IMG/VR virus record: IMGVR_UViG_3300037843_000309
Source of the DNA: an uncultured virus (IMG/VR IMGVR_UViG_3300037843_000309)
Taxonomy: Duplodnaviria > Heunggongvirae > Uroviricota > Caudoviricetes
DNA: 32,272 bases
Reading direction: 5' to 3' (one strand)
In this document: positions 25,682-32,272 of the stretch, in pieces
Numbering within the stretch: the stretch's first letter is position 1
Layout: each line of letters starts with the position of its first letter
Made by a program: the position numbers and the translations under genes
Notes under the pieces: generated by a model
The model's input: the letters and a program-made list of their open reading frames with translations, nothing else
Told to the model about the DNA's origin: nothing
Database searches by the model: none

Positions 25682-26206
25682 GTGTCGCCTGACCACCATG
25701 AACACGGCCCCCTGACGCGGAACGAAATCACTCTTATCCGCGAACTCATCAAGACCACCATCGATGAGCGCGACAAGCGGTATGAGGATAGATTCAAGGC
25801 CTCAGAAACGGCGGTAGCGGCGGCCCTGCAAGCGCAGAAAGAAGCGGTTAACGCGGCTTTCGCGGCATCCAAAGAGGCTATTGGGAAGGCCGAAATGGCG
25901 CAAACGGCCTACAACGAGCGGTCCAACGAGTTCCGGCAGGCACTTGATGACCAAGCGCGGCTGCAACTCTCACGCACAGAGGCGGAGCAACAATTCCGGT
26001 CGGGAGAACAGAAGATTGAGGATCTTAAAAAGCGCGTGGGGGATTTGGAAAAGGGAGAAGTTGGGCTTAAAACTCAGGAAGTCAGCAAGGAACGGTCTAA
26101 TGCCAACATCGTTCTGTATATCGGCATGGCGGCAACTCTGTTGATCGCTTTTGGGAGTTTGCTGGTCTCGGCAATCTTGGCCATCAAGAAGTTTTGGGGG
26201 CCGTGA
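25682..26206 (+). CDS. Coiled-coil protein with C-terminal TM (lysis-region membrane protein)
   Basis: ERDKRYEDRF.A...AV.AAL.AQKEAV...KAE.A...NEFR..L.DQ; hydrophobic C-terminus followed by KK. Confidence 0.7.
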   Translation: MSPDHHEHGPLTRNEITLIRELIKTTIDERDKRYEDRFKASETAVAAALQAQKEAVNAAFAASKEAIGKAEMAQTAYNERSNEFRQALDDQARLQLSRTEAEQQFRSGEQKIEDLKKRVGDLEKGEVGLKTQEVSKERSNANIVLYIGMAATLLIAFGSLLVSAILAIKKFWGP

Positions 26207-26252
26207 GCGAAAGAACACAGACGAGCACTAGGTTTCATGGTAAGGTGGGGAC

Positions 26253-26804
26253 ATGGTAGCAAGATTCATTTTCGGAAATCACCATTGGGACCATCTTACC
26301 CGGCAGTTCGAAGAACTTCTCCGGGTGCAGAGGGAATCCCTCGAAGTTCAAAAGGCAATTCTGAAAGCGGTTTTGGCCGCTTCACAGAAACAGGCAGCAA
26401 AGCTGGCGATTCACTTCGGGTCGCAAGCGATAGGAGAAGTCAATATGGCTCTACGTCTTCCAGTTGGACAGACCGACCAGTATTACATTACTTCCGACGC
26501 ACCTTTGGCAACCGGACAAACGATTGCGGTGGTATCAGGAGACCCCACGGTTGTTCTCACTCCCGATGCGACTCCGGCAATCGACCCCAAAACTAACATC
26601 CAGAGCGTGGCCAGCGGTTCGGTGGCCATCGGCCCCTCGCCTGTGCTTGGCACAGCGGTAACCGTTACCGCAACCCTGACCGCCGCCGATGGCGTGACGG
26701 TTGTGGATACCGAAACCGACACCGTTACCCCGGTCAGCGCCGGCGCAAAGAAAATCGGCATCCTGTTCGAGGATGCGAGTGTGAGTCCGTCCCCCGCGGG
26801 ATAA
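26253..26804 (+). CDS. Ig-like domain protein with N-terminal amphipathic helix (possible internal start at 26445)
   Basis: Thr/Val-rich beta C-terminal part (VSGDPTV, VTVTAT, D.VT.V); internal AGGAG SD before ATG 26445. Confidence 0.6.
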   Translation: MVARFIFGNHHWDHLTRQFEELLRVQRESLEVQKAILKAVLAASQKQAAKLAIHFGSQAIGEVNMALRLPVGQTDQYYITSDAPLATGQTIAVVSGDPTVVLTPDATPAIDPKTNIQSVASGSVAIGPSPVLGTAVTVTATLTAADGVTVVDTETDTVTPVSAGAKKIGILFEDASVSPSPAG

Positions 26805-26843
26805 GTCGATGGATTCGATTCATGATGAAATGTCGTACTTCAA

Positions 26844-26881
26844 GGGGCGCGGATCTCATCGGGAAACCGCGCCCTGTTTTT
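26844..26881 (+). terminator. Intrinsic terminator
   Basis: GGGCGCGG (26845-26852) pairs with CCGCGCCC (26867-26874), followed by TGTTTTT. Confidence 0.7.
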
Positions 26882-26886
26882 AGGGT

Positions 26887-26903
26887 AGTGCAGGGCCTGC
26901 ACT
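26887..26903. repeat. Palindrome copy 10 (AGTGCAG-GGC-CTGCACT)
   Basis: Directly after the terminator; followed by the GAGGA SD of the gene at 26916. Confidence 0.95.
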
Positions 26904-26915
26904 GAGGAATAAAGA

Positions 26916-27338
26916 ATGTGGACATTTGAAATCCAAACTGGAAGGATTTTCGATCCGACAGGAACGCTGGCGGGTACGGGCTACGCCGGCGGAAACCTTG
27001 GCAAGGTTCCCGAAGCGGTCAACAACCCCGACTATGTTAAAGTTCACAACACCGGCCCGCTGCCTCCAGGTGATTACGACATGGTCGAACTGGTGGCCCA
27101 ATCGCATTTGGGTCCCAACGCGATTCGCCTCGAACCTCGACCGGAAAACGAGATGTTTGGGCGCGCGGGGTTCTACATCCATCCAGACCTGATTGATGCC
27201 GCGCAGCACCCACAGAGCGCGAGCGAGGGATGCATTGTTTATACTCAGAGGATGCAAATGTGGAATTCTTCCGACCATGGGTTGCACGTCGTCCCTTTCT
27301 CGGAGCTTTTGACCCCGATGGATATCACTGGGTCTTAG
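26916..27338 (+). CDS. DUF2778/Tlde1-like L,D-transpeptidase-fold enzyme, putative endolysin
   Basis: MW.F...TG, GYAG, NNP...V.N.GPLPPG.Y, L.P, GR.GFYIH-x16-C ending SASEGCI. Confidence 0.85.
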   Translation: MWTFEIQTGRIFDPTGTLAGTGYAGGNLGKVPEAVNNPDYVKVHNTGPLPPGDYDMVELVAQSHLGPNAIRLEPRPENEMFGRAGFYIHPDLIDAAQHPQSASEGCIVYTQRMQMWNSSDHGLHVVPFSELLTPMDITGS

Positions 27339-27347
27339 GAGGGTGAG

Positions 27348-27521
27348 ATGCGGAAGAAGCGTTCGCCAGTGAGCAAGAAGATTTCGATTCTCCGGCATGA
27401 GGGCGTAAAGCAGGATCAGGCTGTGGCCACTGCGCTATCAATGAAGCGCGCTGGCAGGCTGACGCCGGAAGGCGATTACGTCCACGTCCGAAGCAAGAAG
27501 CGAGCCAAGGGCCGAAGGTGA
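27348..27521 (+). CDS. Small basic phage protein (KKIS.L.HEG..Q.QAVA.ALS family)
   Basis: SD AGGAGG; 57 aa MRKKRSPVSKKISILRHEGVKQDQAVATALSM...KKRAKGRR. Missed by the ORF track. Confidence 0.75.
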   Translation: MRKKRSPVSKKISILRHEGVKQDQAVATALSMKRAGRLTPEGDYVHVRSKKRAKGRR

Positions 27522-27524
27522 AAA

Positions 27525-28265
27525 GTGCCGTTTCAGAATATTCCGTTATCGACGCTGCGCACCTACGTCACGAGCCGTCTCCAGAACCCCTACTTCTGGT
27601 CCGCGCTCGAAGTGCAGGTGGCGATCAACGATGCGATTCTGTCGCTGCAACTTGCGACGGGGTTATGGCAGGGTCGTTTTGTTGTCTCTACTGTTGCCGG
27701 AAGGTCAATCTACAACATTGGCTCTCTCGCGCAACTCCAGGTAGGCGGCGTCACCCAGCTTCTCATGCCGCTGCGCATGGCCTTCAACTCGGCTCCACTC
27801 GACCCGACTTCAACCGACGACCTCGATAACGGCTACCCACAGGCCCCCGGGTGGCAACTGACCACCACCGCAACCCCAGGCGCTCCGACAACGCCAACGA
27901 TGTGGGCACCCATCGGAATCTCGTATTTCGCGCTTTACCCGGCTGACGCCGTGGGCGGGAACAGCTTGCAGATCGATGGGATTATCAGGAGCCCTACCCT
28001 CGTCCAGGAATCCGACTTCATCAACATCGACACGTCCCAAATCCCGGCGCTGGTGGGCGAGTGCCTAGCAACTTTGGCATTTAAGAGAGGTGGAATTGCT
28101 TTGCAAAAAGCTCTGGCCGGGCATCGCGATTTCGTGAGGATGTGCGCGCAGATCAACTCGCACATCAAGGCGATGGCACCGTTCCGGAAGTACATGGCGG
28201 AGGACGCCTCGCGGCGCACACGCCGTCGTGATACCATTCAACCCGTGGGCCTTGGGGCTCGTTAG
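27525..28265 (+). CDS. Head-tail adaptor-like protein, paralog 2
   Basis: L..LR..V..RL....FWS..E....INDA, G...Y.I, ALYP, ALV......LAF.K. Confidence 0.7.
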   Translation: MPFQNIPLSTLRTYVTSRLQNPYFWSALEVQVAINDAILSLQLATGLWQGRFVVSTVAGRSIYNIGSLAQLQVGGVTQLLMPLRMAFNSAPLDPTSTDDLDNGYPQAPGWQLTTTATPGAPTTPTMWAPIGISYFALYPADAVGGNSLQIDGIIRSPTLVQESDFINIDTSQIPALVGECLATLAFKRGGIALQKALAGHRDFVRMCAQINSHIKAMAPFRKYMAEDASRRTRRRDTIQPVGLGAR

Positions 28266-28272
28266 GAGGAAT

Positions 28273-28425
28273 ATGGCACACAGAAAAATGAAGTTCCAAA
28301 AGGCCAAGGCGCAGGCGAATAGCGATTTCACCCGCACCTTCCCGGCGAAGGCCGACTCGCAGGGGAACCGGGCGAAGCCCAACCACGCGAAGGGCGCGGG
28401 CAAGAGAGCCAAGGCGAAGAGGTAG
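28273..28425 (+). CDS. Small basic protein (...GKRAKAKR)
   Basis: SD AGGAGG before ATG 28273; 50 aa; Lys/Ala-rich. Confidence 0.7.
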   Translation: MAHRKMKFQKAKAQANSDFTRTFPAKADSQGNRAKPNHAKGAGKRAKAKR

Positions 28426-28428
28426 AGA

Positions 28429-29139
28429 ATGCCGTACAGTACGCTCGATACTGAATGCCTCAACACGATGCAGGCGCGCACCTTGGAGCCGCAGAACAAT
28501 GGTGCCTCGCTCACAAGTACTCAGTGGGCGCTCGCGGACTTTATAAACGCGCTCAATCAGGCCCAAAATGAATGGTTAAGGGATACCGGGTGTGTCGTTA
28601 AGCACGTCGGTTATGAGGCGCCCGGGGTTAATACCGGCATCGCCGTGGTGCCGGGGACCGAAGCGGTAGGCCTCCCCCAGGATTCAATCGACATTTTGCG
28701 GGCGGCGTGGATTACCTATGACGTGAATAACCCGGTGCTGCCGGCGACGGTTACCGACCTTCCGCGGGACGATGCGTGGTCGCTCGATAACCTGCAATCG
28801 CAGTGGGAAGAGAACGACGCGAACCCGCCGGAAGAATACACGGAGTCGATTTCGCCGGTGCAGCAGATTTATCTGGCGTTTCCACCCTCCGACATCGGGT
28901 CGCTCGATTTGCTCTACGTCGCCATCGGCGCGGTGCTGTCGAATACGGGGGTGGCGCTGTCGGTTCCCGACATTGGGGTGTCAGCGGTGCAGTGGCGGTC
29001 GCTCGAATTGTTGCTGCGCAAGGTGGGTGAGGCGGAGGATAGTACCCGGGCGGATTACTGCCAGCAGAAATATCTCGAAGACGTCGCGCTCGCGAAGGCG
29101 ATGCTTGGAATGCCGTACCGAATCGCAGCGGAGGGTTGA
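28429..29139 (+). CDS. Head-tail adaptor-like protein, paralog 3
   Basis: W...D.I..LN.AQ.E..RDT, LP.D...I.R, I.L..PP, L.Y.A, helical C-terminus with ..K..E..D. Confidence 0.7.
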   Translation: MPYSTLDTECLNTMQARTLEPQNNGASLTSTQWALADFINALNQAQNEWLRDTGCVVKHVGYEAPGVNTGIAVVPGTEAVGLPQDSIDILRAAWITYDVNNPVLPATVTDLPRDDAWSLDNLQSQWEENDANPPEEYTESISPVQQIYLAFPPSDIGSLDLLYVAIGAVLSNTGVALSVPDIGVSAVQWRSLELLLRKVGEAEDSTRADYCQQKYLEDVALAKAMLGMPYRIAAEG

Positions 29140-29357
29140 TGGCAGACGAAAAAGTCCAACTTGGAACCCCCACCGACGCTATCGTCGAGGCGATGGAAAA
29201 GGTTTCCGACATGGAGGGGGTGCTTATCATCTGGCAGAGGCCAGAAGGAGGTATTTCCTGTACGTCAAACGGAGAAATGACCGTCCAGCAAGCAATCTAT
29301 CTTGCCGAAGCGTTCAAATACGAAATGCTCGCAAGGGTTTTCGGAGACAGGGATTAG
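29136..29357 (+). CDS. Hypothetical protein
   Basis: Overlaps the upstream stop; SD GGAGG; 73 aa. Confidence 0.65.
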   Translation: MMADEKVQLGTPTDAIVEAMEKVSDMEGVLIIWQRPEGGISCTSNGEMTVQQAIYLAEAFKYEMLARVFGDRD

Positions 29358-29368
29358 GGAGGGAATCT

Positions 29369-29590
29369 ATGCGATTGAGAGTTTTGGACATCAACACTCC
29401 GTGGTTCTGGCTGACGGTTTTCTGGCAACGTTTATATGGCAAACCTTGGCTGGAAATGTCGATTTGGAGTCCAAATACCCACCGAAGCTGGTGGTTTTAT
29501 GCGTTTCAGTGGGAAAAATATGCAGAGGGAGGGGGCGGATATGGCTTGGAATCGCCTTCCGATGAAAAGCTAGTGCAGGGCCTGCACTGA
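29369..29590 (+). CDS. Small Trp-rich hypothetical protein ending inside the palindrome (...LVQGLH*)
   Basis: SD GGAGG before ATG 29369; 73 aa; the TGA stop is supplied by the palindrome. Confidence 0.6.
   Translation: MRLRVLDINTPWFWLTVFWQRLYGKPWLEMSIWSPNTHRSWWFYAFQWEKYAEGGGGYGLESPSDEKLVQGLH
29572..29588. repeat. Palindrome copy 11 (AGTGCAG-GGC-CTGCACT)
   Basis: Exact copy; continues TGA-G-ATG into the next gene. Confidence 0.95.
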
Positions 29591-29591
29591 G

Positions 29592-32272
29592 ATGCCGAAA
29601 GAGCCACAGCATTTTCCGGTCAAGATTAAGTTCGCAGGAGTCGACCTCCGGGCGGCAGTGGACCAGCTTGGCCCAGGGCGCTTCCGCGCTGCGAAGAACC
29701 TGAAGCCCATCATCGAGGGGGCGCTCCGCTCGCGCGAGGGGACGATCCTCTACAATGGCGCGCCGCTCCCCCAGCTTCCCGTCCACTCGCTTTTCTACCT
29801 CAATGACCCGGTGAATTCGGCCAAAATCCTCATGGCGGGTGGGAACAACAGCGTCTACAACGTCGCTACGCAGGCACTGCTCGATTCCGGGTACTCGGGG
29901 AACCCGCTTTCGGAAGTCGACTACCGCACCTCGGGGAGTTCATCGGCCTACGCCATTGTGGGCGATTCGCTTCGCATGTCGAAGTTCACTTCCGCCGGCG
30001 TGCGCACACAGCTTGGCATTACCCCGCCGGTTGCCATCAGTACCTACACTCCCTTTCCCAACATTGTGGGGATCGACAAGTTCACCGCCGACGGTCTTTA
30101 TACCTACCACAGTTTCGCCTCACATACGGCAGGGACGACTTTCGCCAACGGAGTGACGGCAAAGAACGTGTCGGCGCTTCAGGTGCAGACGGGCTCCCCG
30201 CTTCCCACGGGGTTCTCAAACCTTACTCGCGTTTTGCCGATGGACTTCACCAACATCAATGGGGTCCCGTCGACCGATGGAGACTATTTTCACCTCTGGC
30301 TGAACGTCGACAACTCTGCCTCGATTCAGGAAATCCGCATCCTATTCGATGTAGACCCGGCGTCGATTACGGGTGGGCAATTCAACAGCGAATCCTTCCT
30401 CATGAACTTTTATTGGGTGTCGATTGCTGGCTCGGCGCTGACAGGGGTTGTTAACACCAGCCAAACCACTCTCGCCGCTCGCGCTGCCGCTCTTGCTCAG
30501 GCGCAAACCACGGTTGCTCAGTTTCCTCCCGGCTTTACCCCCGGGATTTCTCCTGTAAACCAAAATACCGCCTATTCGACACAGCTTTACCCCGGCTCGA
30601 TTCAGTGGACTGAACTCAAGATCCCGCGCTCTCAGTTCACCCGCTCGGGGTCAAGCGGTACCCTTGATTGGTCGACGGTGCAGGGATTCAGCATCACCAT
30701 CATCCCAACCCAATACACCCAGCCGGTTGTCACCCTGAACGACTTCTACTACTTTGGTGGATTTGGTCCCGATTCGACGTACGGGGATTCCGGGTACGAC
30801 TACCGGATGACGTATAAGAGTTCGGTGACGATGGACGAGTCGAACGGGGGGACGATCCAGAACGGCGCGCCTGGGTCAAACAACGACTCCCTTGGACCCG
30901 ACTACAGCGGAACCAGCCTTGCCCAAGTGTCGGTTTTGAATGGTGGAAACAATTACGTGACGGGTGACATCCTCAATGTTTCTGGCGGGAATAATGGGCA
31001 GATTGTAGCGGTAAGAACTGCCGCTGGAGCCGTCGAAATCGCGCAAATCTATTCCGCCGGATGGGGTTACACAGCAAACAATAATGTGCCAACGACCGGC
31101 GGGTCTGGTGATAACAACTGTACGCTTGCAATCTATGGTGTCGGCAACGGCCTCCCCGTGCAGAGAAATCCGGTTTTTTTCAATAGCCCACCATTTTCTG
31201 CCAATCCTGAGATGGATACCCAGTGTTTTTATCGCCGCGGGGGGACGCTGGCAGACGATTGGCGTCTGGTCGCACAGCAATCGAATCCTTCTCCCAATTC
31301 CGTCACCGCTGCTTCGGTGTCAGGAACTGTCGCTACGATTACAACTGCCATCAAGCACCAGTTCATCATTGGCCAAGGGGTGGCATTGGCGTCCGTGTGG
31401 TCGGCTCCAACTGGAAGTTCGCAGGTTATTGTTACCGCTGTCCCAACACCTACTACTTTCACCTATACGGTGAACGGAAGCCAGGGGGCTTTTACGCCCG
31501 GCGGGAATTGCTACGCCTGCGACCTGTCGTCTGACACCGATATTGCCTCGGAGTCGACCGTTCCGCTCAACAACGATGTTCCGGTGACGACAATAAATTC
31601 CTCTGGCACCACGGTCTACGCCCAACCAGTGGCATTCCTTTGGGGTCCATTCAACGGCAACACGATATTCGGGATTGACCACTTGCGGCCGGGATTCGTT
31701 GTCTGGTGCAATCCGGGGAACCCCGATGGGTGGTCAAGCCTTAACAATGTCGAAGTGACGCAGCCTTCCGACCCGCTCCAAAACGGCTTTTACTGGGGAG
31801 GTCAGCCGTGGGTGTTTTCGCAGCGCAAACTCTACCAGTTGACCCCGGCCCAGGTTGGTGCGAACCAGTACATCCCGTCCGAAACGCCATGCGACCACGG
31901 CCTTGCCGCGCGTTGGGGGCTTGCTGGAGGTCCCAGCACGCCGGCGGTATGGTTTGTGGCAAAGGACGGCGTGTGGGAAATCGAGCCCGGCTCGGCGCCC
32001 ACCAATATCACCGACGACGACCTCTACCCGCTTTTCCATGGCAACACGGTCGAGGGGAACGCGCCCATCGATTTCACCCAGGAAGCCAAGATTCGGCTCG
32101 CCTACTTCTCTCAAGAAGTGTGGTTCACCTTCCAAGATACGCTGAGGGCACAGCAGGTATGGATTTACGAGCGTGCGCAATCGTGGGTATACGACCGGCC
32201 AAAACGCCGCTGGCGCCAGGCGAGTTACCCTTGGGGACCGCTGTGCATTTACCCCATGCCGCTTGAGTTCCA
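29592..32272 (+). CDS. 3'-truncated tail nozzle / packaged-DNA-stabilisation-like protein with inserted accessory domains
   Basis: Frame from ATG 29592 (MPKEPQHFPVKIKFAGVDLR....L.PG....AKN.....GAL..R.G) was open in every segment I translated and at the window end. Propeller-like WCNPGNPDGW, VWF...DGVW and WVYD; follows the adaptor genes. Absent from the track because it has no stop. Confidence 0.75.
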   Translation, partial: MPKEPQHFPVKIKFAGVDLRAAVDQLGPGRFRAAKNLKPIIEGALRSREGTILYNGAPLPQLPVHSLFYLNDPVNSAKILMAGGNNSVYNVATQALLDSGYSGNPLSEVDYRTSGSSSAYAIVGDSLRMSKFTSAGVRTQLGITPPVAISTYTPFPNIVGIDKFTADGLYTYHSFASHTAGTTFANGVTAKNVSALQVQTGSPLPTGFSNLTRVLPMDFTNINGVPSTDGDYFHLWLNVDNSASIQEIRILFDVDPASITGGQFNSESFLMNFYWVSIAGSALTGVVNTSQTTLAARAAALAQAQTTVAQFPPGFTPGISPVNQNTAYSTQLYPGSIQWTELKIPRSQFTRSGSSGTLDWSTVQGFSITIIPTQYTQPVVTLNDFYYFGGFGPDSTYGDSGYDYRMTYKSSVTMDESNGGTIQNGAPGSNNDSLGPDYSGTSLAQVSVLNGGNNYVTGDILNVSGGNNGQIVAVRTAAGAVEIAQIYSAGWGYTANNNVPTTGGSGDNNCTLAIYGVGNGLPVQRNPVFFNSPPFSANPEMDTQCFYRRGGTLADDWRLVAQQSNPSPNSVTAASVSGTVATITTAIKHQFIIGQGVALASVWSAPTGSSQVIVTAVPTPTTFTYTVNGSQGAFTPGGNCYACDLSSDTDIASESTVPLNNDVPVTTINSSGTTVYAQPVAFLWGPFNGNTIFGIDHLRPGFVVWCNPGNPDGWSSLNNVEVTQPSDPLQNGFYWGGQPWVFSQRKLYQLTPAQVGANQYIPSETPCDHGLAARWGLAGGPSTPAVWFVAKDGVWEIEPGSAPTNITDDDLYPLFHGNTVEGNAPIDFTQEAKIRLAYFSQEVWFTFQDTLRAQQVWIYERAQSWVYDRPKRRWRQASYPWGPLCIYPMPLEF

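Noticed and set aside
26822..26905. 27-aa ORF also ending VQGLH*
   Set aside because: No SD and it overlaps a terminator hairpin; probably incidental.
1988..29588. Palindrome as a CRISPR repeat or integron attC site
   Set aside because: Copies are kilobases apart with no spacer periodicity, lack GTTRRRY ends and extrahelical bases, are too short, and no cas or integrase gene is in the window.
1669..29590. ORF-track starts at 1669, 5683, 10297, 12377, 28228 and 28772
   Set aside because: They overlap real upstream genes or hairpins; downstream starts with an SD or ATGA coupling were used instead.
299..32180. Numerous minus-strand and alternative-frame ORFs
   Set aside because: Shadows of GC-rich + strand genes; no recognisable motifs or ribosome-binding sites.

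Overview
This window is the packaging, head, tail and lysis region of a tailed dsDNA phage or prophage with podovirus-like (P22-type portal/adaptor/nozzle) architecture; every credible gene is on the + strand. Order: end of an intein-containing gene, Arc-like regulator, Zn-ribbon proteins, putative TerS, TerL, a probably inactive copy of the TerL nuclease domain, portal, small basic proteins with a free-standing LAGLIDADG endonuclease, scaffold, major capsid, decoration/KTSC, adaptor, five tail-fibre/spike-like proteins with Sec-type signal peptides, membrane/lysis genes with a DUF2778/Tlde1-like enzyme, two more adaptor paralogs, and a nozzle-like gene running off the end. Signal-peptide style and one domain hint at an Acidobacteriota host (inference). 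The main unexplained signal is a palindrome, AGTGCAG-N3-CTGCACT, in 11 copies: eight at gene junctions and three inside genes, one in each reading frame. This suggests an undescribed genome-wide protein-binding (stoperator/matS-like) system. All family calls are from motif recognition by eye, not database searches.
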